Source of the DNA: the human T2T-CHM13v2.0 reference genome, Homo sapiens
Direction: 5' to 3' (one strand)
Length of the DNA stretch: 64,000 nt
NCBI RefSeq assembly: GCF_009914755.1
Contig: NC_060932.1
Shown: positions 1 through 17,857 of the stretch, one piece after another
How the letters are laid out: every line of letters starts with the position of its first letter
Position numbering within the stretch: position 1 is the stretch's first letter
Notes under the pieces: generated by a model
Told to the model about the DNA's origin: nothing
Seen by the model: the letters and a program-made list of their open reading frames with translations, nothing else
Databases searched by the model: none
Made by a program: the position numbers and the translations under genes

Positions 1-2878
<2,878 letters not shown>

Positions 2879-4030
2879 TTGTCTGGATATCTTGGGCTCT
2901 GATGACAAGCATCATAATTTTTCCCATTAAATTTAATGGAAATTTTTTCCCATGTAATGGCTCTTCACTTAGCGGCAGCATTTCACAAATGAATTAAAGT
3001 TATTAAGGAAAGGAATATATTGGTAGAATAAAAGGAATAAATGAGGTATAGCCCCAGCCTTGAAGGAGTTTGCAATCCTTTAGAGAAGATGAAAAGATTT
3101 GTGCATAAGAGCGTGCAGGATATGAAACTCAGGTTTACTGTAAAGAAGTAGGATTTATTTTTTAAAATAAGCATATCTGAAATTATACACCCAAATTGGT
3201 ATTGTCTTTTTAAAGGGGTCCCCTGGAAAGTACTCATTGTCATTTTTCAAAAGTTGTTTAATTAAAAAATGAGTTTTTAGGATAAAGTAATGGGAAAGGT
3301 ATCACTGAGAAGCACTGGGATGTAAAATGCCCTAAAAGTATGTGACTGGTTTCTGAAAAGCAGTGATCATCCATAAGGAACCCTTTCCATCATCTACTTA
3401 ATAGGGAACATCCTCCATTCAACATTTTCTACGTGAGACAATCACAAGGATAAGAATAGCTGATACAAGGGGAGCATTTGATTAGTAACATCCCAGTTCA
3501 GAGAGTTAGGTCAAGCTCTGATCCCAGAGTGTGGGATATGTCTGCAATGAGAAACAGCCAACCACAAAAGGAAGCGAATTTTAATAATAGGGGAAAGGCC
3601 ATCAGATAGGATTCATTCTGGAAAATATTCCTCTTCCTGCTTAAAGCTGTCAGGGTGGTGGGAGTGAGAAGTAGTCTAATACTTTGCTATCCAGCAAAAA
3701 CAAGCATTTGGGGAAGACATTTGTGAGCATTCTAGGACGTTCAAAAGAAGTTTAGATGGTAAGAGAAGTAAGGCTTATCCACTCCATGTCTTTGACAAGG
3801 GCCTGCAATCAATCATAAGCATTGGCATCAGTAAATGGCCACTCAATAGGGACCAGGTTAAGGTTCAAAATAAGTGAGATTGAGGCTAATGCAGAACCCA
3901 GACATAAAGAAGAGGCTCCAGAAAGGCCCTCTACTCTGCTTCTGGCTAAACCTTTCAGCTTGCCCTGTGATGGCAGATTGGTGGTTAACATCACTGCCAT
4001 GTATAGAAGTACTCATAGATTACTTGCATT

Positions 4031-4125
4031 TTATATATATATATATTTATATATAATATATATAATTTATATATAATAAAAATATATATTATAGCTAATA
4101 AAATTATATATAAATATATAATTTA
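4031..4125. repeat. AT-rich (TA)n low-complexity tract
   Basis: almost pure A/T with tatata runs. Confidence 0.85.
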
Positions 4126-5129
4126 TTCCACAATGTGAGTTACCTTCTAGTCAACCAATTCATTTTTGTTCCAAGTTAAAAGAAACATCTGCATATTTTG
4201 TTAAGGGGAGTTTCTAGAACTGAATGGACATTATGAATGGACTTTGTGTTTCTGAACCTAATGAACATTGTATATTCTTACATCCTGATATGCCAAGAAG
4301 CAGATATAATGTTGGTGCTCTTTTAGAGTGAACAAGCCCAGTCAGTAAACATTCTTGCATTAGCCACTCTTATTACACCACAGACTGTACGTGGTTAGTG
4401 CTTAAAAGCCCCCTGCCCTCCACCTCCAAAAAGATTTATAGAGGTGTCCTTAGCACTAGACTGGCATACTCTATTTCAACTGTATCCTCATTCTTGAATT
4501 AATCACAGTAGGGAACTGAGACTTTAAAAGTACTTACAAGATGGGGTCATTCTCAGTGTGTGTGTCTCCTGATGTATTCTTTGTGATTCTGCCTGCCCCA
4601 GGAGGCTGATCCGGAAGGAGTGTGTTACCCAGGCTCATCTGCCCTCAGCTTTTAGTTGGGTTTGATAAATGCAGTGCAAGCGATTGGACAACAGGAGGAA
4701 GAAGAGGCCAGAGTATTTATTCCTGCTGCTCCCTTCCTGGTTTGGCAGTGTGCACATTCCTTTACCTGCGGCCTCAGGTCTTGTCGGGTTGTCAGGTGTG
4801 CTTCTCATCCAGTGTTACAGCTCTTACCAGGCTCCAGGACAGTTCCTTCCCTTGCTCCTTCTGGCCTAGGAATGGTAAGAGGTCTTCCCGCTTTGACCCA
4901 GCATCCTCTCTGTTGGTTCCTTAACCTATGCAATTAGTCCCTTCATCAAACCCTCTTCAAGTCCCCCGTTGGAATGAACTGTAGGTTTCTTGCTGAAACA
5001 CATATCTCCCATAGATTATTTTCTCATTCATTATTTTATTTATTAATTTTCACAACACCCCTGTGAAAGAGCTATCATTCTAGAGGTCACAAAACAGGAC
5101 CATACTTACTAAAAAATTGTAGCTCAGAT

Positions 5130-5490
5130 TTATTTTTTTATTTTTAATTTGTATAGATTTAAGGGGGTACAAGTGCAATTTTATTACATGGATATATTGC
5201 ATAATGGTGAAGTCTGGGCTTTCAGTGTAACCATCATCTGAATAATGTACATTGGACCCAAAACGAATTTCTCATCTCACCCACTTCCCAACCCCATCTT
5301 TCTGAGTCTCCAGTGTCTATTATTCTACTCTCTATGTCTGTATGCACATATTCTTTGGTTACCACTTATAAGTGAGAACATGCAGTATTTCACTTTCTGT
5401 GTCTATCATTTCACTTAGGATAATCACCTCCAGTTCTATCCATATTGCTGAAAAAGACACAATTTCATTCTTTTTTGTGGCCGAGTTGTA
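5130..5490 (-). mobile_element. L1MA-type 3' end fragment
   Basis: T-rich start then gggggtacaagtgcaattttattacatggatatattgc...ccacttataagtgagaacatgcagtattt, the reverse complement of an L1MA 3' UTR; ORF 5359-5541(-) contains the ELEVIILSE L1 C-terminal motif. Confidence 0.8.
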
Positions 5491-5850
5491 GCTCTGATTT
5501 ACATTTAGATTTGACTGACTCCAAACCCTTGCTCCTTCCACTGTATGTACTTTCCTTCTGGAAGGTTTGCTAGTACTTCTCCATTAGTACCATCACCCAT
5601 AAATGCACTAGTATGATTCCCATTTGCAAATGAGAAACAGAGAATCATATCATCTCCCCCTCCCTCTCCCCCAACAAGCAGAGCTCACTGTCCACATTGT
5701 CGTGATTGTATTCCACCACTATCTTCACTGCTATGACTTTCCTATTCCAGGAAGTATTTGTCCAGGGAGATAAAAACTAAAAATAACATTAATGTTCCTT
5801 TCAGGAACATCTGAAAAAAAATCATTTTTAATAAACACAGGACTGGTTGA

Positions 5851-6151
<301 letters not shown>

Positions 6152-8025
6152 TGACTTTTCAACAATAGGATCAAACTACTCTGCACTCTCTAAGACTCTT
6201 CCATACCCTCACCTCCAAGCCCTCATTTTGTGGCACCCACCAATCCTAAAGCGTTCTATCATGGTTTTTACTTAATTCCCATCAAGCATATACCCCTTGC
6301 ACCGAAAGACCTGTCTTAAACCCCAAAACCTCATAAATATCACAAGTTTCCTGTCTCCTTTCCAAGATGCCACTAATTCATTGTCAAAGTAGCATTCTGC
6401 CTTACTGAGGTAAACAATAAACTCAGATTTACCTTATAAATTATTCTAGTGATATTTTCAAGGATCCAGCATTTGACAAGACATACTTATGGAACTTAAA
6501 TAAATAATTTCCACACATTGAAATATAAAGAAACAGAGTTGAAATTCGAACCCAGGTAATTTGGCCCTAGAGCCCTTTCATAGACAGCACATTATTTTGC
6601 CTCCAATGGACTACAACTTCCAAAGAAAAATGCGACAAATTACCCAGCACAAATGTTACTGCTTGGTCATTAGAGCGTTTAGTGTAGTCCCTGATGGCTT
6701 GAGTTAGATAATAATGGCAGAACATTATTATCGTTTTAGCTATTCAGAAATAAAGTTACTAAATAATGTTTTTCCATCTCTTGAAGTTTAATTTTTACAA
6801 GCTTTTGTCACTTACATTTACAAATATGTCATGGAGGTAATTAACAAAAGTAATAATATTTCTTTATAGTATCATCTCATTACATGAAATTGTTAAATTA
6901 CATTTTATCATTACAGAAAAGTGAAAAATGGGACTTGCTTTGGCATGATGTTATTAACCAAAGGGATCATTTATAAATTATTTTCACTGTTCAGCACAGA
7001 TTATTTTATCATCTAATAGATTAAAGGATAATTTTAATTTTTTTTAAAAAGACTGTTAGAATAAACATGGACACTTTAATAAAATAGCATATGAGTTTAT
7101 TCTTGGGATGCCAAAGGGTATAGCTCAGAGAGGCTAGAATAAGAGTTAAAGTTTTCAAATTACATGTTTGAAGGCAATCATGAAAGTAGGAAGTGGCAAA
7201 TATAACCAAATAGAACAGAGAAAACTTCTAGAAGATTCTGGAAGTGGCTTCTCTTCCTCCTCCTGTTTATTTTGGTTTTCATGATAATCTGTGTCCTTTG
7301 GGGACTCCTGAATAAATCTGAGGCAAACAGATGTTAATATTTAACATCCTTTTAGCCTGGCTATTATTGGGAGCAGCTCTTTGAGCAGACTCCACTGAGC
7401 TGACTGTCCTGATTAATTGACTCTACCCCATCTCTCTGTGAATCATAACTGTTTTTCCTCACGGAAAACTGAAACTTCACCATTGTACACTAACTCCCTA
7501 TTCTGCCCATGCAGTGTGCTCCCGCAAGCTGAGTTGTATGATTCCCTAGACTCAGTCATGTTTGACCCCAAACCTTGTCCTTATAATAATTTAACAACTA
7601 CATACTATGTCAAGTTTTTTAAAATGCTGTTACTGTGAAAACCAAATTAAATACTTTAGAAAGCAAATTGCATTTTAAAAATGAAATCAAATCAAATAAC
7701 TATTAAGAAATTGGAAAAAATAACTTTAAAAGCCTAGAACAACTTGTGCTCTTAGATTGTATTATAATTGTCTCTAAGTTCTTTTTTCATGTAAGGAAAC
7801 AGACACTGGAAATGTCGAAGATGAATTATGAGTATAGTTTTGTGGGCAAGATGATCTGGAACCCCAATTACTAGATTCATGCTCAAAGAAAAGGCTTTGG
7901 GCCTGCTATAAATGATTGGGAAATGAATATGCATTTAAATGTTTGAAGTAAAATAAAACGTTAAAGGTCTCTATGTGTCTCTTTCATGATTGTCTAATAT
8001 GATGGACATTTTTTGATTAACCAAC

Positions 8026-8465
8026 TGTGATGGTTGATTTTACGTGTCAAGTTGACTGAGTTTTGGGGTGCCCAGATACTTGGTCAAACATTATTCTGGG
8101 TGTTTTGGTGAGGGTGTTTTTAGATGAGATGAATATCTGAATCAAACTGAGTAAATTGCCTTCCCTAATGTGTGTGGCCTTATTCAAGGCTTGAATAGAA
8201 CATAAAGGCTGACTCTTCTGTGAGTAAGAAGAGACTCCTCTTGCCTGACTGTTTGAGCTGGGACATTGGTCTTTTCCTGCCTTTGGACTCTAGGTGAAAC
8301 AATAGAGCTCTGCTGATTTTTGGACTGGAACTACATCATCAGTTCTCCTGGGTCTGCAGCTTGCCAACTGCAGATCTTGGGATATCTCAGCCTTCACAAT
8401 TATGTAAGCACATTGCTTATAACAAATATTTTTGTATCTGTATAAAACATCTGTTAGTTCTGCAT
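8026..8465 (+). mobile_element. MLT2 (ERVL) solo LTR, MLT2D-like
   Basis: starts tgtgatggttgattttacgtgtcaa...gggtgcccagatacttggtcaaacattattctgggtg, the MLT2 signature. Confidence 0.8.
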
Positions 8466-8589
8466 GTACTGGTGTAGTTTATATTAGATAAGAGGACTTC
8501 TACAAAATCTAATAAGTCTTGTTTTGTCATGGTCTAGGATATTTCTAGACACAGTCTAGCGCAATTTCTAGAATTGACTGAGTGACACA

Positions 8590-9900
8590 AAGTCTCTTTC
8601 CTCATAGTCCTTACATTCTTGTGGGGGAAGACAGTCAAGTAATCAAGCAAAAGAATGAGATAATTACTATTTGTAATTAGTGTTAATAAAACACTAGAAA
8701 AGTGAAGTGGGGCAGAGTGGGTGATGGGGGCAACTTTAGATTAGCTGGTAAGGGAAAGAAGGCATGTAAAGGAGTGAGCTTATTTGAAGAAGGGCTATGT
8801 GACTGCACTATGATGAACCAGAAGGAAGAACAATTGCATCAGTTAGGATTCTAATATAGGTGGAAATCAGACTGTGTAGAGTGCTGTAGGTCATGGTAAT
8901 GGCTTGGGATTTTATTGTAAGCACTGGGAAGGCGCTGAAAAGCTAAAATGTGATTTAATTTGGGGTTGTAAAGATAATTCTGTAGGTTGTATAGAGAATA
9001 AATTTAAGAATGCAGGAGAAGAAACTTGTCAGAAGGCTATGGCAGCAGGGTAGATGGATGTGCGTTATGACTATGGAAACAGAGGAGAGGGCCAATATGA
9101 GGCATTTTGAAGAATATAATCAGTAGGACTTGTATGATGGATTCAGTGAAAATGAAGACAAAGAAGGGAGAAATTAGAAAAGGCTCTTAGGCTTTCAGCA
9201 TGAGCCGCTACTACAAGGTAGAGAACAGCAGTAGAGAGTTATTTAGAGAGGGCGGCATGAGGAAGTTAACTTTTAGTAGATACACTTTGGATGCCTGTTA
9301 ACCAGGCAGTTGGAGAGGACTGTTAGGCAGCAGAGTACAGTTACAATGAGGTAATTTCAGGGTCAGACATCCTGGAGTTGAACATTGACTCAAACACCCT
9401 GGGCATTTATTGAACCTCCTCATGTCTCGTTTCCCCATCTGCTAAAATGTGGATATTAATAAGGCTTCAAACTCAAGTCATTGATAGAATCAACTAAAAT
9501 AACTCATACAAAATCAGAACAGTGCTTGATATATAGCAAGTATATAATAGTCATTAGTTGTGGTGGCTATTGTTTTACATGAGTTGGAGCCCATGAGGCA
9601 GGCCTGAGCTGGACCTACACATTTGGGAATCATCAGCTTAATAAATGGTACTGAAAGCGAAGGGAAGACAAAAGAGGATGATCTAGCAAAGAAGACTGAG
9701 GATCAAAGGATGATGTCAGAGGAAAGCATCAGTCAACCCCCAAAAAGAGTTTTAAGGAGTCATCAGTTGATTAAATGCTAAAACATCAAGAAGGATGGGA
9801 TCAAGGCAATTTCCAATGTATTTAGCAATAAGGAATTTGGTTGTGACCTTGGCAGGAGTAATTTCACTGAAGTAGTAAGAATAGAAGCCAGATTACAAAA
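8590..9900 (-). mobile_element. L2 fragments with an embedded MIR (about 9325-9560)
   Basis: purine-rich L2-like text (ggtcatggtaatggcttgggattttattgtaagcactgggaag; gtgaccttggcaggagtaatttcactgaag); MIR core ctcgtttccccatctgctaaaatg. Confidence 0.6.
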
Positions 9901-9996
9901 ATTGAAGAGAGAATTGTACTTCTGATTAACAACGTATATTGAGTACAAGTGGTCACTTCAGATTCCTTTCATAATACCATTAAAAAGACAGTAATG

Positions 9997-11500
<1,504 letters not shown>

Positions 11501-13758
11501 GGATCTAGAGAAGAACACATCTCTTACAGAGGAGAGCTGACGAGAATTCCCAGGGGAAGAAGAGAAAGCCCTGATTACCTAGCAAGCAAAGCCAGGATGT
11601 GGAGTGAGTCAGGTGCCTTGACTGCTGGGAAATTTGAGACAAACAGGATTAAAAGGCATGAAGAACTCACCACAACAGGAAGGTGGGCAATTTGCTATGG
11701 TCCTGCCTTAGCCCATGTGTGTTGGGGAAGTTGCTGTTTGTTTCTGAAGCTCTACTAAGGCCGATGGAGGAGGACTCCTAGCTGACGGAAGTGTATGCTC
11801 AATGGAAGTTAGCCCCACTCACAACATGCAGTCTTCCCTCAAGTTTCATTTATTTAATTTTTTGAAAGCTTTCTTGTACATGACTGCCAATCTCACTGAG
11901 AATTTCCTAAAACAGAAAAATTCTTATAGGCACTACCTATTCTAAGAAAGATTTTAGTCTCAATAATTGCAGGTAACATTGTACATTACTATTACACGAA
12001 ATGGGTTTTTCAATCAATATATTGTTTTCTTTTGTGCTAAATCTACTCTTTAAAGCACTTGTGTAATTTAGGTTATGAAAGTATTTTTTCGACAATTGGC
12101 ACCAGAATGGCTTTTGGGGAGGAAACTATTTTTGTTTGAGGAAATGTCTTGATTAGCCACTAGGTAGAAGGTGGGTCCCTGTGGGGTGTGGTGTTTGACA
12201 AAGCCAAAGCCACAAAAGAGAATGCTCAAATTGCTCCCTATGAGAATTATAAAGGAATTTCTTTTGTTTCTGAGAAGGAGAGGTAGAGTAGAGAGGGAAG
12301 CCAAGAGGGGAAAGAGGAGAGAAGGGGTTAGAAAATGGAAATTCTGACATGCTGGATGACAGGAGGCAGAGCAGCCAGTGGAAAATATGGGGTGGCTGAA
12401 AGTTTGCAAGGAGGGCTGTTGAACACTCAGTGGAAACTGTCTGCATTGCTACAATGAGATGGCCCATCCAGTACCAAATGCCAGAGTATACCACACTCAC
12501 AAATACGTGTGCAAGTGGACTTGAAGGCAGATGTGATTTTTATATCTTAATTAGCTCGATGTTAGATAGAGACATCAGGCCCAGAGGTATAAACCCAGAA
12601 ACAAATTGGACCTCATGAAGGTTGTTCTTCAAGGATGAGAAGGCTTTGGATTTCCATACTGTGCAAACTGAGAGTTCAAGTCTGGACCTGTTGAGGTTTC
12701 AAGAGTGCAGGAGAACACAACTGATGTGTAGATTATACCTCTAGCAACACATCTCTAACACGACAAATATTTGAGTATGCCTTTTCTTTTTCTTTAGTGG
12801 CTATTTTTTCTCATTATTTTAACCTAAAGCATGTTCAGTATAAGCCACAGCTTGGTTTTCCTTTAGTTACTTTCAGGAAACTTTGTGTGAAATTAATTAC
12901 ATCTAATGAATGGTATTTTTTTTTGTGAGTTTCCCATGTTTTGAAAAATGAAGCCAGTTCCTTACTAAATAAGGCTTTTGAAAAATCTGATTCTATTATA
13001 CACAATGTGTATTGTTTCCTTACTTGTGATGATGTTTAGTATCACTTAAAAACCCTGGTATTATATAACACATATGTGTTAGATTTGTTCCTCTGTCTAC
13101 TCCATACTATATATAGTTTTATATTTTTTCTTTTCATATATATAATTATTTGTATATGTTTGCATACATATGTTTTGTTCTCTACCTGTTTATTATCTAG
13201 TTTCTCTTCTTCATAGCTAGAAATTTCATCTCTCGGCAGCTAGCCCTCATAACAGAGAAGCAAAATTATACCTTAACTGATGGGCCATTTCCTTTTCCTG
13301 CTTCTTATTCTTTACTGTCATTTTTTTTACTGGACTTTTTTTTTTCTATTGACTGTCATAGATTAATTTAAAAGGTTCCTCTGTGTTAGTTCAAAGATTT
13401 TCCACAGTTAACATTGCTTCCCTCTGCTTCTGATCAAATCGGTCTCCGTAATAGAACTCATGTCTGTTGACATTTGCTGATCTAAAAAAAAATACCAGAA
13501 GGCATAATTTTACTTTTCTATATCTTCTGTGTTAGGGAATGTTCTTTTAATGATCTGATTCTTCTCACTGCATTTATCAGGCCATGTCTATGCTAATTGA
13601 CATTCTCTTTTCTAAACTAACCCACCATTTATTTTGAAGATCCCTGTCTGAATTTTTGACTTGGAAGTTAAACTCTGTTAGTAAATCTATTCATAAGGCA
13701 GAATGAGCTATTTCAAACATAGTTTCTAATCTCCCTATTTTAAGATTTATCCATTTGC

Positions 13759-13796
13759 AAAAAAAAAAAAAAAAAAGAGAGAGAGAGAGAGAGAAA
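13759..13796 (+). repeat. poly(A)-(GA)n compound repeat
   Basis: long A run followed by gagaga... Confidence 0.85.
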
Positions 13797-14019
13797 AGAA
13801 TACAAAAATTCCACTAAAGCATCACCACAAAATGTTAAATAGCATAGTTAATTGTTGGAATCTGCACATAGTCGGGATAATCAGTGATAAAGAATAAATA
13901 AAATAAACAATTAATTCTCTTCCAGCTCCTGTATTCTTGACAGATATACTCTCCACTTTCCTGATTAAAAAGCAGAAGCTACCTGAAGAAACTCGCTCCT
14001 TTCGCTCTACCAGCAACAG

Positions 14020-14670
14020 ACGCATCAGCCTCTGCCTGCAGCCTCTCCTGTCCTCCTGCTCCTTTTCTCATCAGGGCCGGCATCTCCATGTGTGGTTGGG
14101 ATGCCATCCTCTCTCAGCTTCTAAAACAATTTACTCTATGCATCCTTTCCTCCTTCTCTTATGTTTTCAATTTTGACCCATCCCATCAGCATTTAAATAT
14201 GCTCTAATCTTTCCTATTAAAAAAGAACCAAAACACCTCAGCTTCACACTCCCTTCCTGCAACCTTTCCATGTTTGTCTGACTTTTCACAGCCAAACTTA
14301 ACAAAACATTCTCTGTGTTCCCTGCTTCTGTTTTGTCACATCCTGTTTCTTCCTCTACACCCACAATCTGTATTCCATTCCCATGATTCCTCCAAAATGG
14401 CTCTAAGATCACCAGCGACCTTCGCTGAAATAAATGCACACTCCTGGGCTTTCATTTCACCTGGTTGCTCACAGTAGGCCATCCTTTCCTTCTGTAGAGC
14501 CTGACTCCTGTGGCTTCAATACCCCCACTCCTCCGAGTTCACACTGACTTCTCTGGGCACTCCTGCCCAGCCTTCTTTTCTGAATGTTTCTCCTGCATTT
14601 CAACTGAAGCTCTAGGTGGCAGTTGCTCCTGGCTTGGTCCCCTCTCCTGTCCTTATTTCACACTCCCTCA
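14020..14670 (+). mobile_element. L2 fragment
   Basis: pyrimidine-rich L2-like text (cccatcagcatttaaatatgctc; ctctaagatcaccagcgacc). Confidence 0.55.
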
Positions 14671-15524
14671 TGTACTCACATTTGCAGAGGTTTTATTGAC
14701 CACCTTTTCCCAAAAGATTAATTTAAATGCCAGTGAATATAATGAAGGTTTTGGTGACTCCTATTTCAGGGAAACCTCTTTACAGGGAAATATTCACAGA
14801 AGGGGACCAATGTCTTGCCATTACATTCTCACATGGGCAAATAATCCAAAAGGGGGCTCCTTTAACAGACCATGAGCTCTTTGAGGGATTTTGAAAGATT
14901 CATAATTCAGTCTTGCACAGGACTCAGTGTGTTAGCACTTGAAGTATCTTTGGTTTATTTATAAAGTTCTTATTTTAGCTTCAAAAGGCTATTTCTTATA
15001 CCAGATCATTGCTTATTTCCTTATAAGGAGGGGACAAATTTCTAGTCTTTTGATAATATGACTTATTTTTATTGCCAGGATACTTGATAACCATTTTACC
15101 TTTCCAAGCATTATTTATTCAAGATTAGCTCTCTGTTGGAAGAACTAGTTAAAATATTTACTCTAGAAAATTCTCCAAACCTTTTAGTGCAATTTAATAC
15201 TTGGTAGTTGAATGGACTAGCAGATGGTAACTTCAGACAGCATGACTACTCTATTACTTCAGGAAACGTTTTCCTAACTAGGAATAACATTTCTTAGATC
15301 CCTGTGTGTGTTTGAGTGTTGAGAAATGCCCACAGAGTGAAGGAGTCCTGGTTTATGGTTATGAAGGAATGCTGTTTGCTGCTGACTCAAGCAGGCTGAA
15401 AGTCCCAGTTGACTAGGATACATAAGAAATCAACTTAATTGATCCTAGATAGGAGAAGATTTCTTAGAGGAATAATGACTTCTTCAGTTAACCAGTTTAA
15501 AATCACCTAGTATAAAAACCAACA

Positions 15525-15760
15525 TTGTAGAACAGTAGAAAGGCATGTGCTTTGAAACTAGGCAAGCCCGTATTCAAATACTAATTCAGCTGCTTGTTCA
15601 TTGTGGCTAATTAATAATAAATAGTGGGCGGTGATTGAATTTTCCTGATTCTCACTTTATCACCCATAAATTTGTTTTGGTTATGCTTTTATCATAGGAT
15701 TACTATGATCATTAAATGGAATAATATATGGAAAATATCTGGTAGCCATTAAAGTAACAA
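15525..15760 (+). mobile_element. MIR
   Basis: gtagaacagtagaaaggcatgtgctttgaa...ttcaaatac...attaaatggaataatatatggaaaa. Confidence 0.55.
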
Positions 15761-16525
15761 TAATAATTCAATTCCAGGTCAGGTTCAAAAGCTTCTTCTT
15801 GGTACTGATGTGTTTCTAAAATGGATGCATTTCTAATTATATATAATAGTAATTAAAATGTGGACAGGATTTTGCAACTCTTTTTATATATATTATCTAG
15901 TTTTATCTTTGGTGTAACCATCCACTTGACAAGATGTACCCCTATTTTGGATAAGGAGGTAGATAGAGCATGAGAATTGCTGGGGGCCTTCTTCAACCTC
16001 AGCTGAGTGTTGGAGCAGGCTCTCTCAGTACCCTGCAGGGTATCAACTGGGCTAAAGCTATGCAGATAGAAATGAATCTTAGATCAACTCTAATAATATT
16101 CAGCATGATGCCTTATACATAATAAATTTCCCATGTTTGTCAAATGAATGAATTTATCTAAGAATATTACTAAGTGGGGCAGAAGCCTAACACTCTTTTT
16201 ACTTTTTTATTCCTGATAGTCAAAGTAATTAAACATGAAACCTATTTGTTATACAAATTGAAAGAAAGCTGAAATATATTTATAGTGCTAAATCTTTATA
16301 AAGTTGGAAATCATCTTTAATAGCATTGGAGTAACTTCTTTTAAGATAACAGAGTCTTATACTCTCTCTCGTGATGAATACAGTCTTCTAATTTAGCTTT
16401 TCTAATACTTTAGATGGAGTATTTCAGAATTTTGATCATTGCAATATGGCAAATACACACTCTGCTCCTGTGTTAGTGTTTTTAATGTCAAGTGTGTAAT
16501 GGATTTTTTCCTTTTATCCCAATAG

Positions 16526-16537
16526 ACATGCGCGCGT

Positions 16538-16570
<33 letters not shown>
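16526..16570. repeat. (CG)/(CA)n alternating purine-pyrimidine microsatellite
   Basis: acatgcgcgcgtgcacacaca... Confidence 0.93.
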
Positions 16571-16574
<4 letters not shown>

Positions 16575-17529
16575 TTAGTTTCTCATCAGCCTATTTGGTA
16601 GCACTTTAAAAACTTTTTCAGCACATAGACAATATGAGAACATAACTGAAATTAAACACTTTTTGGCCAATTAGTTTATTATTTTTAACTAGACTATTGT
16701 AGTACAAAGAAAATAATGAGTTGAAAAATGGATTTGATTAGTTTCCATTACTGTGATCTGAAATTACTTAAAAATCATAGTGTTGTTAGAGAATATGTAT
16801 TTTTCTAAAGTATAGGCATGATTCTTACGCAAATATAAAATAAACATATCAAAAATTTTTATTTATCTCATTAATCAAATGCAAGACTGAATAGACATTA
16901 TAACTGGTCCAAAGATGTCAAAAGGCAGAGCCATTTATAGATAAGAAATATTGGAGTAAATGTGCAAATGAATGCAACCCAGCCTTCCTCCCCTTCTTTT
17001 TTCCCTGCCCTTTGAGAATGGGGTGTGGGGGAGGGAGTTCCCTCCACTGGACTGAATTTATTTATATATCTATAGACAAGAATTATTGCATTGCTATCAC
17101 TGTTCTACAACTCACAGTTGTAAAAAAATAGCTCAAAGGTAATGAAGACCACACAGTCCCCATGGAATCAGGCAGATAACCCCGAAGACTGTGCTAAAGG
17201 TCTACACAGTACATAGCTTTCCACTGAAGCACACATTTTCCTCTGGGCTTGGAAGGTGATGGTGGTACAGGGTGCTATGAAACATTGTAGTCAGCTTGTG
17301 AATATAGTGAATACAGTGAATTTTAGTTTTAGTACAGCTGATATTGACACAGACATAGTTTACTTCTTAGAGCCAACCTGAATATGAACAAGATTCATGG
17401 AGATTACATATTGGCATGGGAAAATTGGCATGGGGTAACTTCCAAGACAGTATGATTTAACAATGCCATGGAATATATCAAATTAGTAATATGGGCCAGA
17501 AGATCTCTAAGGTAGCTTCCAAATCTATC

Positions 17530-17857
17530 ATTAAAATTATTTCAGAGGCTACTAGACTGAAATGGCTCTAGCATCTTGGGTTCCCATGTAAGCAAACCAA
17601 AGCCCAACTCAATGTAAACAGTAAAATGGAACTTAACCAATCCAAAAATGCCAAACTAATCTCTAAGTAGATCTCTTCACTTTAATCTGTTAATTACATT
17701 TTCCTTGTCTTGCTTCACAAACACCTTATAAAAGTTTCCTCTGCTACATGCCTGGATTATGGAACTACTCCTGGTCTGGGGCTGCCCATTCACAAATAGC
17801 TGAATGTTCAGATAAATTTGTTAAAATTTTAATGTGCCTAAGTTTATCTGTTAACAC
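17530..17857 (+). mobile_element. ERV1-class solo LTR, MER34-like
   Basis: ends ctggtctggggctgcccattcacaaat...tgttaaaattttaatgtgcctaagtttatctgttaaca, resembling the MER34-family U5 end. Confidence 0.55.

Noticed and set aside
7330-7348. 8-bp hairpin gatgttaa-tat-ttaacatc
   Set aside because: Short and AT-rich; expected by chance.
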